From NCBI GenBank assembly GCA_048939995.1, contig JBHLOY010000002.1, positions 288,001 through 352,000 on the forward strand: a DNA stretch of 64,000 bases. Reading direction: 5' to 3'. This DNA is from Promethearchaeota archaeon. Lineage in GTDB: Archaea > Asgardarchaeota > Lokiarchaeia > Sigyniarchaeales > SOKP01. The notes under the pieces were generated by a model, which was given only the letters and a program-made list of their open reading frames with translations, did not search any database and was not told the origin of the DNA. Numbering within the stretch: position 1 is the first letter of the stretch; each line of letters opens with the position of its first letter. Position numbers and translations under genes: made by a program. This document shows, in pieces, positions 9,803 to 21,132 of this stretch.

Positions 9803-11260
9803 TTAAGGATAATCTCCATGCGTCCACGTGTTTATTGAAAAGTCAATAAAAGTTCTAACCGCCTTGCTATTAGAAAGAACATGCCGATTTGAATAAAGAA
9901 TTCTCAATCTATGTTTGCTTTTAAGGGTGCGAGAGATTTGTTCCAAAATATATTTTGGTCTAGTAAAAAATTTGAAATAAGCTCTTCGAATCAATTTTTT
10001 CACATCAGCAAGGGGAGGACTTAAAGTCTTAACACCATTTTCCCAGTATTTATCTGGATTAATTTTTCCTTCTTTGACTAGATCATCCCAAATTTTAGTT
10101 CCTGGGATTGCTCCAAAAATATGGAATTGAGGATAATCAATTTCTAATTTTCGAGAAAAAGCAAGGGTTTTTTTAATCTCTCCTAAAGTTTCTGTAGGCA
10201 GACCTAATACAAACGTTCCCATAATGAAATCAATACCACTTTTTTTAGTTTTTTTTGTAGCATTAATGGCTATTTGTGGAGTGATTCTTTTATTTAAATA
10301 ATTAAGTATTCTTTGATTTGCACTTTCGATACCAAATGAGATTGTTCGACATCCTGCTCTTTTCATTTCTCGAAGTAATATATCATTTACAAGATCAACC
10401 CTTTGATCACAAACCCAATTAAATTTGAGTTTATGCCTTTCCATTTCCCGAAATAATTTTATTGCTCTCTTAGGATTATTAGTAAAATTATCATCAACCC
10501 AGTATAAGTTAGTGTATCCCTTACTTTCAAGGTATACTAGTTCTTTTAGTATATGAGATATCGATCTAGGTCGCCATCGTCCTTTTGACAACTTGCTTTG
10601 ACAACAAAAAGTACAATCAAAAGTACATCCCCTGGAAGACTGAATAGTTGTAAATTTTCCGTAATCGGCGTTAACCCCTCCATAGTTTTGACAATAATTT
10701 ATATCACCGCATGCTTCTCTAGCTGGAAATGGTAAGTCATCAAGATTACTAACTAAAGGTCTTTCTGGATTAACTTTTATAGTATTTTTATATCGATATG
10801 TAATTCCTAATACATCTTTTAGATTTTTGTTGCTTTCAAAAGAGTTCACTAATTCATGAAAAGTAAGCTCTCCCTCGCCTCTTACGCATACATCAACAAA
10901 AGGATATTTATTCAATATTTTATCATGATTAAAAGTAGCATGACAGTTCCCAAAGACAATCTTAACATTTGGATTCCAATCTTTAACTAATTTTGCAATG
11001 TAAGTTGCTCTTAGACCCATATTAATATCAGTCAAAGTATTGAAACCTACTATCTCAGGATCATATTTTTTTATTTGCCTAAGAACTTCTTTTGTAGGTA
11101 TTTTTGTTGCATGTTGATCGATTAAAATACTCCCATACCCTTGCTTTTTAATATATGCAATGATATATAAAATTCCTAATGGGGGATAAGCACCAGTTGT
11201 CTCATGACTTCTTTCAATTATATAAGATCGAGGAGCTGGATTGATAAAGCAAACTTTCAT
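9803..11260 (-). CDS. B12-binding radical SAM protein (class B methyltransferase-like)
   Basis: N-terminal cobalamin-binding domain (PPLGILYI, VRGEGE), SSRGCTFDCTFC radical SAM motif, DDNF, GIESANQ. Confidence 0.92.
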   Translation of the reverse strand: MKVCFINPAPRSYIIERSHETTGAYPPLGILYIIAYIKKQGYGSILIDQHATKIPTKEVLRQIKKYDPEIVGFNTLTDINMGLRATYIAKLVKDWNPNVKIVFGNCHATFNHDKILNKYPFVDVCVRGEGELTFHELVNSFESNKNLKDVLGITYRYKNTIKVNPERPLVSNLDDLPFPAREACGDINYCQNYGGVNADYGKFTTIQSSRGCTFDCTFCCQSKLSKGRWRPRSISHILKELVYLESKGYTNLYWVDDNFTNNPKRAIKLFREMERHKLKFNWVCDQRVDLVNDILLREMKRAGCRTISFGIESANQRILNYLNKRITPQIAINATKKTKKSGIDFIMGTFVLGLPTETLGEIKKTLAFSRKLEIDYPQFHIFGAIPGTKIWDDLVKEGKINPDKYWENGVKTLSPPLADVKKLIRRAYFKFFTRPKYILEQISRTLKSKHRLRILYSNRHVLSNSKAVRTFIDFSINTWTHGDYP

Positions 11261-11566
11261 TTTGTAATCTAATCTTATCTTAAAAGAATATTAATTAAAA
11301 AAGTAAAAGTAAGTTAAATTTTTAGATTATTAATTGAATTCATTCTTATTTATTTGTACACCATGGATCTATAAAAAATTAATTAAATCAATAATTATTC
11401 TTTTTAAAGAAAAGCATAAATTAGAAAAATCGTGGAAATTATATCCTATACAGACTTTAAATTAAATAAATTAAAATAAAGAAACTAAAAACATCTAAGG
11501 TAAAGTTTAATATTTATTAGTGGGTGAATTAACATTTCAGGGGATATAGTAAATAAAATTAATTCA

Positions 11567-12733
11567 ATGGCAAACTTCTGCTATAATTGTAATCGATGTG
11601 TGAATGTTTGTCCACTCTCTCATATTGATGTTTTTTACCCTCAAAAATTAATAGTTGATTTAGTCTCATCACCTATAGAAGAGGTTATAAAAAATCATAA
11701 TATCTGGGATTGTCTTACGTGTGGTCTCTGCAGTAATTATTGTCCTATGACAGAGGGAAAATTTGGGGTAAAATTTCCTGAGTTAATCTTAGAGTTAAGA
11801 AAACTGGGTCTCAATAATAGTACTCAAGTAGATAAAATCATCCAATGCGAAACTCATGATGAAATCTTTCCTCTTATATCAAGAATAATGTCAGATGATA
11901 AATTAAGTCCAAATAAGTTAGAATTTCTAAAAAGCACAGCCTTAAAAACTACAAGCTCAGGCGAGATTGCATATTTTACGGGATGTTTACCTCTCATGGA
12001 GAATATTTTTTATAAATCAGATGTAAATTATTTAAACATTCCAAAAACTATAATTGGTTTACTTAATGAGGCTAATATATCCCCAGTCGTCTTAAATGAA
12101 AAATGTTGTGGACATGATATATTATGGGGCAAAGGAGATATTAACACTTTTAAAAAGCTAGCTGAATATAATGTAAAACTTTATAGAGATGCAGGAGTCA
12201 AAACCATCATTCTAGGATGCGCAGAAGGTTATAGAACTTGGAAATTCGACTATCCAAAAGTTATAAAAGATTATGATTTTGAAGTTCTTCATTTCTCTGA
12301 ATTCTTTCTTAAAGAAAATATCCTTGAAAATGTTAGATTCCCACGAGAAACCAAGATAAAAGTCACTTATCATGACGCTTGCAGATTGGGGCGTTTAGGA
12401 GGAAAATTATATGATGCTCCAAGGAATTTACTTAAAAAGATTCCCGGAGTAGAATTAATTGAGATGAAAAACATTAAAGATGATGCTAATTGTTGTGGAG
12501 TTTCAGCATTTATAGGATGCAACGAATCAACCCGCGTTTTTAGACAGAACCGAATTAATGAAGCTATAGAAACTGGAGCAGATTATTTAATTGTACCTTG
12601 CCCCAAATGCTGGACTCATTTTGATTGTTATCTTAATGAGCCCTCCTTAGATGATGAACATAAAGATTTAAAAAATAAAATTAAAGTAATAGATTTAGCA
12701 AGCTTTATTGGCGAATTACTTTTCCTAGTTTAA
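11567..12733 (+). CDS. hdrD: HdrD-like Fe-S oxidoreductase (HdrC-like ferredoxin plus two CCG domains)
   Basis: CYNCNRCVNVCP and CLTCGLCSNYCP, then YFTGC, EKCCG, YHDAC, CCG and CPKC. Confidence 0.85.
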   Translation: MANFCYNCNRCVNVCPLSHIDVFYPQKLIVDLVSSPIEEVIKNHNIWDCLTCGLCSNYCPMTEGKFGVKFPELILELRKLGLNNSTQVDKIIQCETHDEIFPLISRIMSDDKLSPNKLEFLKSTALKTTSSGEIAYFTGCLPLMENIFYKSDVNYLNIPKTIIGLLNEANISPVVLNEKCCGHDILWGKGDINTFKKLAEYNVKLYRDAGVKTIILGCAEGYRTWKFDYPKVIKDYDFEVLHFSEFFLKENILENVRFPRETKIKVTYHDACRLGRLGGKLYDAPRNLLKKIPGVELIEMKNIKDDANCCGVSAFIGCNESTRVFRQNRINEAIETGADYLIVPCPKCWTHFDCYLNEPSLDDEHKDLKNKIKVIDLASFIGELLFLV

Positions 12734-12789
12734 AAGACAATGGAATGTAAAATGTCAGAATGTGATAAATAAAAATTTTTAGATGTAAT

Positions 12790-15700
12790 ATGAGTGAAAA
12801 TAACAAAGTAGGAGCTGCATTAGTTATAGGAGCAGGGATTGGGGGATGTCAAGCAGCGTTAGATTTAGCAAATTCAGGTATAAAGGTTTATCTGGTTGAG
12901 AAAAATCCTTCCATTGGTGGCGTAATGGCTCAATTAGATAAGACTTTTCCGACGAATGATTGTTCCATGTGTATTCTAGCTCCAAAACTTGTAGCAGTAG
13001 ATAGAGATCCTAACATTGAATTGATAACTTATGCGGATGTCCTAAGTGTTAAAGGAAACGCAGGTAACTTTAATGTTACAATTAATAAAAGGACAAGGTA
13101 TATCATTGAAGATAAATGTACAGGCTGCGGAGAATGTATTCAACAATGTCCCGTTCAAATGCCTGATGAGTTTAATCAAGGACTGAGTGATCGGAAAGCA
13201 ATGTATCTTCAATTCCCTCAAGCTGTACCTTTTAAAACATTGATAGATAAAAGAGGAATATCTCCTTGCAGAGATGCATGTCCTGCTCACATAAACACGC
13301 AGGGATATGTTGGTTTGATTTCTAAAGGAAAATATCAAGAGGCTTTGGACCTTATAAGAGAAAGATGTCCCCTTCCATCTGTGATTGGTCGTATTTGTCC
13401 TCACTATTGCGAAGATGCTTGTAATAGGAAGGAAATTGATGAACCAGTAAATATTTGTGGACTGAAAAGATTTGTAGCTGACCACATAAGAGAGAATTTT
13501 GAAGAAAAAATCACTTTTTTGGAGGAAAAGAAAGAAGATAAAGTAGCTATCATTGGTTCAGGTCCTGCAGGATTAACTGTTGCATATCATTTAGCTAGAA
13601 GAGGCTACCCAGTAACTATTTTTGAAAAAGAATCAGTCCCTGGAGGAATGCTTAGAATAGGTATACCTGATTATCGATTACCACCTGAAATCTTGGAAGC
13701 AGATATTGATCATATCAAAAAATATGGCGTAGAAATAAAAACAAATGCTTGCTTTGGGCCAGATCTTACTTTCAGCGATTTAAAGAAGCAAGGATACAAA
13801 GCTATATTCATTTCTATAGGGCTTCATAAAAGTCGTGAAATGAAAATAGAAGGGGATGATCTTAAAAATGTATTATATGGAGTAGAATTTCTTAGAAATT
13901 TAAATTTGGCAATAGAAACTCCTAATATCAAGGATAAAATTGTTGGTGTAGTTGGCGGAGGAGATGTAGCTATGGATGCTGCTCGCTCTGCGCTTCGATT
14001 AGGTGCAAAAAAAGTTATCATTATTTATAGACGTTCTGAAAACGAAATGCCTGCTTCGAAAGAAGAAATTGAAATGTCAAAGGAAGAGGGCATAGAATTC
14101 CAATTCTTAACTAATCCAGTAAAAATTTATGGAGATAAATCTAAAAAAGTAACTGAAATAGAATGTGTTCGAATGGAACTAGGCGAACTTGATGCTTCAG
14201 GAAGAAGAAGACCTATGCCAATAAAAAATTCTGAGTATAAAATGAAAATTGACACAGTTATATTAGCCATCGGCCAAGAAGCAGATTTCTCTTTATTACA
14301 AGCTGCCTGTCAAGATGAATTAGAATTTGATCAATCAAATCTGATTCAAATTAATAAAAAAACTTTTGAAACTAATATCCCTGGAATCTTCGCAGGCGGT
14401 GAAATTGTAAAAGGTCCTGGTTCAGCAATAGAAGCTATAGCCATTGGAAATAAAGTAGCAATAACACTTGAAAAATTTCTAAAAGATGAAGTAATTACAG
14501 AAGAATTAGAAACGATCCCTGATTATCGTGAGGAAGAAATTATTGGAATGGACGATATTGAGAACATTGAGAGATTCTCATGTCAAGAACGAAAAGAATG
14601 TAGTGTATGCATGCCTGATGAACGGATAATGAATTTCGAAGAAGAAACTAGAACTATGACAGAACAAGAAGCGATTGAAGAAGCAAACCGTTGCCTGAAT
14701 TGTGCTTCTTGTTGTGAATGTTTTGAATGTGTGAGAGCTTGTATGGCTGATGCTGTTGATCATACCTTAAAGAATGAGTTACTTTCTATTAATGTTGGAG
14801 CTATAATATTAGCACTTGGTTCTGATGTATATATTCCCGGAGAAGGAAATGTTTATGGCTATGGTGAATATAAGAATGTTATCACAAGTATAGCATTTGA
14901 AAGAATATTAAATGCATCTGGACCATTTAAAGGAGAGGTTGTTCGTCCATCAGATCATACGACTCCTAAAAAAATCGCATTTTTACATTGTGTTGGTTCT
15001 AGGGATAAAAAAATAGGTCATGAATATTGCTCATCAATGTGTTGCATGTACACAACCAAAGAAGCAGTAATTGCAAAAGAACATTCTGAAAACGTTGAAC
15101 CAACAGTTTTTTCTATGGATCTAAGAGCACATGGAAAAGATTTTGAGAAATATATTGAGAGAGCTAAGAACGATTATGGGATAAGATACATTCGAAGTAG
15201 AATCTCTTCTATAACAGAAATTCCTGATTCTGAAGACTTAAAAATAAAATTTGAAACAGAAGAAGGAAAAGTGGTTGAAGAGATTTTCAATTTGGTTGTT
15301 TTATCGGTTGGTATACAACCCAATTCAACAGTATCAACATTAGCAAAAGAATTAAATATCGAACTAAATGAGTATGGTTTTTGTAAGACTGAGAGATTTA
15401 ATCCAAGTGAAACGTCACGACCAGGAGTTTATGTATGTGGCACTTTTAAAGAACCAAAAGATATACCAGAAACAGTTATAGAAGCTAGTGCTGCTGCTGG
15501 AGCAGTAAACGTACTTTTATCTGATGTTAGGGATACATTAGTAGCTCAAGAAAAACATTTTGAGGAACGTGACATAACTGGGGAAGAAACTCGTATTGGA
15601 GTATTTGTATGCCATTGTGGAATCAATATTGGAGGAGTTGTAGATGTTCCAGAAGTAGTTGACTATGCTAGTACTTTACCAGATGTTGTATATGCTGAAA

Positions 15701-17736
15701 GAAACCTTTATACATGTTCGGCGGATACGCAAACTATTATAAAGGAGAAAATAAAGGAACATAATCTAAATAGAGTAATTGTAGCATCATGCACTCCAAG
15801 AACCCATGAGCCGTTATTTCAAGCTACTATTAGAGAAGCAGGGTTAAACAAATATCTTTTTGACTTAGCGAATATTAGGGACCAATGTTCTTGGGTACAT
15901 ATGCATTCTCCAGAAGAAGCTACAGAAAAAGCTAAAGATTTGGTGAGAATGTCTGTTGCGAAAGCTAGGAATTTAGTCCCATTACAAGAACAAAAAGTAG
16001 ATGTAATTCATAAAGGCTTGATAATTGGAGGTGGTGTAGCTGGAATGACAGCAGCTTTGAATCTAGCCGATCAGGGCTATAATGTATATCTTGTTGAAAA
16101 AACCCATCGATTAGGAGGGTTTGCTCAAAAGGTATATCAAACTTTGGAAAATGAGGATGTCCAAAATTTGATTTCAAATTTGATTGATAAAGTGACAAAT
16201 CATAAGCTAATTAAGGTCTTTTTGAGAGCAAACATTAATTCTATAACTGGTTATATAGGAAATTTTGCTACAGAAATAAACTACGGAGACAGTAATGAAG
16301 TAGAGAAAGTGGAACATGGAATCATTATCGTAGCTACGGGTGCAAATGAGTATATACCTAAGGATAGTGAATATCTCTATAATCAAGATAATAAAGTTAT
16401 AACTCAATCAAAATTTGAAGAAATTCTTTTTGAAGACGATAAAAAGTTAAAGGAATTAAAGTCAATTGTAATGATCCAATGTATTGGTTCCAGAAACGAA
16501 GAAAATCCGTATTGTAGTCGAATGTGTTGTGCAGAGGCTATAAAAAATGCGATAAAAGCAAAACAGATTAATCCTGATCTAAATATAATTATTTTATTCC
16601 GAGATATAAGAACTTATGGCTTTAAGGAAAAATATTATAACTTAGCTAGAGAAAAAGGAATTTTATTTATTAGATTTGATGAAGATAATCCACCTGAACT
16701 TATTAAAGAAAATAATCAATTACAGATTTTGTTACATAAAACAGATATAGGAGAATTAAAAACTAGCGCTGATTTAGTGGTTTTAAGTGCTGGAATTGTA
16801 GCTCCTAATGAAAATTCAGAGCTTGCAAAATTATTAAAAGTACCTCTTAATGAGGATAAATTTTTTTTAGAAGCTCATGTTAAATTAAGGCCAAGTGATT
16901 TTGCAACAGAAGGAATATTTTTGTGCGGTACTGCCAGAGGCCCTGCTAATATAACTGAAAGCATAGCTCAAGCGAATTCTGCCGCAGCAAGAGCCATGAC
17001 AATCCTTTCTAAAGACATTTTATTAACTGAAGGAGTTACAGCTAATGTTAACGAAGAAAAATGTATTGGATGTGGAAGATGTGCTGAAATATGTCCTTAT
17101 AATGCTATTGAGTTATTAGAAAGCACCAAACAAATGGGATTATATGATAACGAATTAAAGAAAGCACAAGTAATTAAGGCTTTATGTAAGGGATGTGGTA
17201 CATGTTTTGCTGAATGTCCCGTTTCTGCAATTTCTATGAGTCATTTTGGGAATAAACAAATAAAGCCAATGATCAGCGAAGCAGCAATACATGAAGAAAA
17301 AGCTTGGGAACCAAAAATTGTGGCATTTTTATGCAATTGGTGTTCTTATGCAGGAGCAGATTTGGCTGGGGTAAGCCGGTATCAATATCCGCCTAATGTG
17401 AGAATCATAAGAGTTATGTGCTCAGGAGGTATGTCTAAAAGTTATATCCTTGAAGCATTTTTAAACGGTGCTGATGGTGTATTTGTAGCTGGATGTCATA
17501 TTGGCGATTGCCATTATATAAGCGGGAATGAAAATGCATATCTTCGATTGGATAATCTCAAGGAGTTGTTAAAAAAGATAGGTCTTGAAGAAGAAAGAAT
17601 TTATGTAACACAAGTTTCAGCTAGTGAAGGAAGGCAATTTGCAGAGGTTATATCAGAATTTACAGAAAAAATTAAAAAATTAGGAGAAACAAGAATACCT
17701 TCAGAAAAAAGAAAAGTAAAGGTTGAATCCGTTTAA
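12790..17736 (+). CDS. hdrA: Giant HdrA-like (HdrL-type) flavoprotein: HdrA with inserted GltD/NfnB-like NAD(P)H module, second HdrA unit and C-terminal MvhD domain
   Basis: GAGIGG and DKTFPTNDCSMCIL; GltD-like insert (PCRDACPAH, GSGPAG, GGGDVAMDAAR, YRRS); CVGSR..CSSMCC; second unit with VFVCHCGINIGG and GGGVAG; C-terminal CNWCSYAGAD...GCHIGDCHY. Confidence 0.92.
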   Translation: MSENNKVGAALVIGAGIGGCQAALDLANSGIKVYLVEKNPSIGGVMAQLDKTFPTNDCSMCILAPKLVAVDRDPNIELITYADVLSVKGNAGNFNVTINKRTRYIIEDKCTGCGECIQQCPVQMPDEFNQGLSDRKAMYLQFPQAVPFKTLIDKRGISPCRDACPAHINTQGYVGLISKGKYQEALDLIRERCPLPSVIGRICPHYCEDACNRKEIDEPVNICGLKRFVADHIRENFEEKITFLEEKKEDKVAIIGSGPAGLTVAYHLARRGYPVTIFEKESVPGGMLRIGIPDYRLPPEILEADIDHIKKYGVEIKTNACFGPDLTFSDLKKQGYKAIFISIGLHKSREMKIEGDDLKNVLYGVEFLRNLNLAIETPNIKDKIVGVVGGGDVAMDAARSALRLGAKKVIIIYRRSENEMPASKEEIEMSKEEGIEFQFLTNPVKIYGDKSKKVTEIECVRMELGELDASGRRRPMPIKNSEYKMKIDTVILAIGQEADFSLLQAACQDELEFDQSNLIQINKKTFETNIPGIFAGGEIVKGPGSAIEAIAIGNKVAITLEKFLKDEVITEELETIPDYREEEIIGMDDIENIERFSCQERKECSVCMPDERIMNFEEETRTMTEQEAIEEANRCLNCASCCECFECVRACMADAVDHTLKNELLSINVGAIILALGSDVYIPGEGNVYGYGEYKNVITSIAFERILNASGPFKGEVVRPSDHTTPKKIAFLHCVGSRDKKIGHEYCSSMCCMYTTKEAVIAKEHSENVEPTVFSMDLRAHGKDFEKYIERAKNDYGIRYIRSRISSITEIPDSEDLKIKFETEEGKVVEEIFNLVVLSVGIQPNSTVSTLAKELNIELNEYGFCKTERFNPSETSRPGVYVCGTFKEPKDIPETVIEASAAAGAVNVLLSDVRDTLVAQEKHFEERDITGEETRIGVFVCHCGINIGGVVDVPEVVDYASTLPDVVYAERNLYTCSADTQTIIKEKIKEHNLNRVIVASCTPRTHEPLFQATIREAGLNKYLFDLANIRDQCSWVHMHSPEEATEKAKDLVRMSVAKARNLVPLQEQKVDVIHKGLIIGGGVAGMTAALNLADQGYNVYLVEKTHRLGGFAQKVYQTLENEDVQNLISNLIDKVTNHKLIKVFLRANINSITGYIGNFATEINYGDSNEVEKVEHGIIIVATGANEYIPKDSEYLYNQDNKVITQSKFEEILFEDDKKLKELKSIVMIQCIGSRNEENPYCSRMCCAEAIKNAIKAKQINPDLNIIILFRDIRTYGFKEKYYNLAREKGILFIRFDEDNPPELIKENNQLQILLHKTDIGELKTSADLVVLSAGIVAPNENSELAKLLKVPLNEDKFFLEAHVKLRPSDFATEGIFLCGTARGPANITESIAQANSAAARAMTILSKDILLTEGVTANVNEEKCIGCGRCAEICPYNAIELLESTKQMGLYDNELKKAQVIKALCKGCGTCFAECPVSAISMSHFGNKQIKPMISEAAIHEEKAWEPKIVAFLCNWCSYAGADLAGVSRYQYPPNVRIIRVMCSGGMSKSYILEAFLNGADGVFVAGCHIGDCHYISGNENAYLRLDNLKELLKKIGLEEERIYVTQVSASEGRQFAEVISEFTEKIKKLGETRIPSEKRKVKVESV

Positions 17737-17742
17737 AGTTAT

Positions 17743-18582
17743 TTAATATTCATCGGGCATATTTTTAAGTTCTGCTAATGAGAATACTGGACCATCGATA
17801 CAAACATATTTATTACCAATATTGCATCTACCACATTTGCCAATACCACATTTCATTCTCATTTCTAAAGAGTTTAAAATTTGTTCGTCATTAAAACCTA
17901 GTTCTTCTAAGACAGCAATCGTAGTTCTAATCATTATTGGCGGACCACATACTATAGCCACAGCATTCTCAGAAGAGGGTGCTACTTCTTTTACTATTGG
18001 TGCTACGAAACCTACTTTCTCATTCCACCCCTCCTCTTCACGATCTATAGTTAGAGTGACATTTAAATCATCTCGTTTTTTCCAATCATAAAGATCTTTT
18101 CGATATAATACCTCTCCTGAATCCCGGTTACCATAAATCACTGTTATATTTTTATATTGATTTCTAAATCTGTTATCTAACATATAAATTACAAGAGAAC
18201 GCAATGTAGAAAATGCAAAACCTCCTCCTATTATTACAATATTCTTCCCTTTCATATCTTCCACAGGCCAGCCATTTCCAAAAGGACCTCTTACACCAAC
18301 GGTATCTCCTTCTTCCATATCATGAAATGCTGTAGTAACAGTTCCCATCTTCTTTATAGTGAATTTAATAGAACCCGTTTCAGTAGGAGATGAGGCAATT
18401 CCTATTGGGCATTCTCCTTTTCCTATAACGCATATCTCTGCAAATTGTCCAGGGATATATTTAAAACTTTCAAAATCCTCTTTCTTTTTAAAAACTAAAT
18501 CAAGAGTCTTAATATCATTTACTTTATTCTCTGAAGCGATATTTTTAATCGCAGTAAGTTTAGGAATATAAGGATTAGGCAT
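17743..18582 (-). CDS. flxA: FlxA-like FAD/NAD(P)-binding oxidoreductase with 2Fe-2S (AsrB/PyrK family)
   Basis: PGQF, RGPFGNGW, GGGFA, CGPPIM, EMRMKCGIGKCGRC...CIDGPVF. Confidence 0.85.
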   Translation of the reverse strand: MPNPYIPKLTAIKNIASENKVNDIKTLDLVFKKKEDFESFKYIPGQFAEICVIGKGECPIGIASSPTETGSIKFTIKKMGTVTTAFHDMEEGDTVGVRGPFGNGWPVEDMKGKNIVIIGGGFAFSTLRSLVIYMLDNRFRNQYKNITVIYGNRDSGEVLYRKDLYDWKKRDDLNVTLTIDREEEGWNEKVGFVAPIVKEVAPSSENAVAIVCGPPIMIRTTIAVLEELGFNDEQILNSLEMRMKCGIGKCGRCNIGNKYVCIDGPVFSLAELKNMPDEY

Positions 18583-19633
18583 TTATTTTTTCACTCTCTA
18601 TTTTTTCAATATTACTAATTTTTTCAATTATCTTCCTAAGATCATTATTAACTGGACATAATTGAATACATCTTCCGCATCCAACACATCCTAATAAATT
18701 GTAATTTTCAGGGTAATAACAAAACTTATGTAAAATTCTATTTCTGCATCTCTCTATTGTACTATCACGAGGGTTATGACCGCTAGTGTGAAGCGAATAC
18801 AGACAGAATTGACAAGTATCCCATATTCTAACTCGACGTCCTCGATTTTCATTTGGGATTTTTTCATCAATAACATCAAAACACGTACAAGTTGGACATA
18901 AAAATGAACACGTACCGCAACCTATACAACTTTCACTAATCTCTTTCCAGATGGGATGATTAAAGTTAGGATCTAACACTTTATCAATATCTTCTAAATT
19001 CAATTTGGTGGATATTGATTGTTCTGCTAGAATGGCTAATTCTTGCGCAGCTTTAATGTCAGCATCAGTAGCGCTAGTCAACCATGAAAACTTCTTAATT
19101 AACTTCTTCCCTTTATTACTGATTCCCTCAACAATGTATTTATTATCCAAATCAACCAGAAAGATGTCAAAATTTTCCTTTTTAAAAGGATGTCCTCCCA
19201 CAGATGTACAAAAACATGTAGTTTTTGGAGTGTTACAGGCAATTCCGATTAGACTAGTATTTTCTCTCCTTTTTAGAATAATCTCGTCTTTAACTTCTCC
19301 TTGGGAAAAGAAATTTTCTAATAAGAAAAAACTATAAGCATCACATGGTCTAATTCCAAAAATTATTCTTTTTTCATCCAAATTTTTTATATCTTCAATC
19401 TCTATTTCCTTACCATTAATTTTATATTCAAAAAGAATATCTGTTTTTGGAAATAGTAATTCTTTAGGCGGAACCTTGGAATTTAAATAATCTAAAACTA
19501 TATCCTCAACATTAACTATTTTCTTAAAAATAATATTACCTTTCTCTTTAGTAGGCGCATAAATCGTATAATTTTTAGCTAGTTCATTATAAAACTTTGG
19601 AATTTGTTCTTTAAGTAGAATTAATTCTTGCAT
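18575..19633 (-). CDS. flxB: FlxB-like 4Fe-4S protein (AsrA family)
   Basis: GIRPCD, CFCTSVG, CIGCGTCSFLCPTCTCF, WDTC, CVGCGRCIQLCP. Confidence 0.82.
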   Translation of the reverse strand: MQELILLKEQIPKFYNELAKNYTIYAPTKEKGNIIFKKIVNVEDIVLDYLNSKVPPKELLFPKTDILFEYKINGKEIEIEDIKNLDEKRIIFGIRPCDAYSFFLLENFFSQGEVKDEIILKRRENTSLIGIACNTPKTTCFCTSVGGHPFKKENFDIFLVDLDNKYIVEGISNKGKKLIKKFSWLTSATDADIKAAQELAILAEQSISTKLNLEDIDKVLDPNFNHPIWKEISESCIGCGTCSFLCPTCTCFDVIDEKIPNENRGRRVRIWDTCQFCLYSLHTSGHNPRDSTIERCRNRILHKFCYYPENYNLLGCVGCGRCIQLCPVNNDLRKIIEKISNIEKIESEKINA

Positions 19634-19649
19634 TCTCTAAATTACCTCT

Positions 19650-20663
19650 TTAATCTTCCTCTAACATATATTCTTGCTTATCATCTATACTAAAAGACAT
19701 CATAGGAGGTAATTGTTCGAAATCAATGCCAGAAGTAAAACCAAATTGTTCTTTTGCTATTTTTTCTAATTTTCTTGTAATCAAATTCAAATCAATTCCC
19801 ATTGGACATACACTAGTACAAGCCCCACATGCTACACATCTTCCCGTTAAATGTAATGCTCGTATTAAATGGAACACAATAATGTCTGGTAAATCAGTTG
19901 TCTTTCCAAACCAAACTGGTTTATTTTGATCAACAAAACATAGATTACAATAACACATAGGGCAAGCTTCCCGACAAGCATAACACCTCGTGCATGTACT
20001 TAATAAATCTTTTATATATTCCCATTTTTCTTCAGGAGTTTTTGATTCGTAGTTCTCTAAATCTGCAAAATCATCCTCAATAATAGGATTCTCCAAAAAT
20101 TCACCTACGTTAACTTCTGCTACTTTCGGAGGCGACTTAACTTGGCATGTTTTACATAACTCATTTTCATATTCTTCAAAAGAAAATGCTTTTTCAAGAT
20201 CTTTTGTTTTAACTATTATATTATCCCCGGATACAGAGACACTTATAATTTCTTGTTCCCCTATCTCTTTCTGAATTCTTGCCCTATTGATAATTCCATT
20301 GCAAGGAATCCCGATTATCTTTATATCATCAAGATCAATTTGATGCTCTACAGCTAAATGGATTAATGCTTTTCCGACGCATCCCTTGGATATAATTCCT
20401 ATTTTTAACTTTTGACCATCTGACTTAATAAAAGTTGGCATTAGGGGTACTAAATATTTAGCTAAGTTAATATAACATAAATTATTCCAAATTAGCTTAT
20501 CAACCTCTTCAACTTTATCTATAACTACAGGAGATGAGCTTAAAGGAACTGTTCCCGTTGTATAACCGATAATAACATCAACCACTTTTTCCTCAAGTAG
20601 CTTTTTAGCTAAATCTCTAATTAATTCTTCGATTTCTTTATTTGTCTCTTCTAGATTTTCCAT
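19650..20663 (-). CDS. flxC: FlxC-like (FdhB/FrhB-related) 4Fe-4S protein
   Basis: VDVIIGY, KGC, IIGIPC, CTRCYACREACPMCYC, GRCVACGACTSVCP. Confidence 0.82.
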   Translation of the reverse strand: MENLEETNKEIEELIRDLAKKLLEEKVVDVIIGYTTGTVPLSSSPVVIDKVEEVDKLIWNNLCYINLAKYLVPLMPTFIKSDGQKLKIGIISKGCVGKALIHLAVEHQIDLDDIKIIGIPCNGIINRARIQKEIGEQEIISVSVSGDNIIVKTKDLEKAFSFEEYENELCKTCQVKSPPKVAEVNVGEFLENPIIEDDFADLENYESKTPEEKWEYIKDLLSTCTRCYACREACPMCYCNLCFVDQNKPVWFGKTTDLPDIIVFHLIRALHLTGRCVACGACTSVCPMGIDLNLITRKLEKIAKEQFGFTSGIDFEQLPPMMSFSIDDKQEYMLEED

Positions 20664-20667
20664 AATA

Positions 20668-21132
20668 TCACCAAGTTTTTTGAAATTGTTTATTTGGTCC
20701 TAATTTTTTTACATTATTTGTCACTTTTTTGACTAGGGTTGCAAACCGTTCACCTTCAGATGCTGAAGCCCACATAAAACTTACTCTATTAGGTTGGATA
20801 CCAAAAAAATTAAGTAATTCATTTAAGATTGTAAAACGTCTTCTTGCTACTAAATTGCCACTAATATAATGACAATCTCCAGGATGGCATCCTGAAATAA
20901 TAACACCATCCCAACCACTTATTAAGCTTTTAATTATTAAATAGGGATTAATTCTTCCAGAACATGGAACTCTTACTATTCTAATATTAGAAGGATATTG
21001 AATTCGACTTACTCCAGCTAGATCTGCACCGGCATATGAACACCAATTACATAAAAAGGCAATTATTTTTGGTTGCCATTCCTCATTCTTTTCTATCTTA
21101 TCCGTTTGAGACTTTGTTTTACTCATCATCAT
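20668..21132 (-). CDS. mvhD: MvhD/FlxD 2Fe-2S subunit
   Basis: FLCNWCSYAGAD, RVPCSGR, GCHPGDCHY, WASASEG. Confidence 0.93.
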   Translation of the reverse strand: MMMSKTKSQTDKIEKNEEWQPKIIAFLCNWCSYAGADLAGVSRIQYPSNIRIVRVPCSGRINPYLIIKSLISGWDGVIISGCHPGDCHYISGNLVARRRFTILNELLNFFGIQPNRVSFMWASASEGERFATLVKKVTNNVKKLGPNKQFQKTW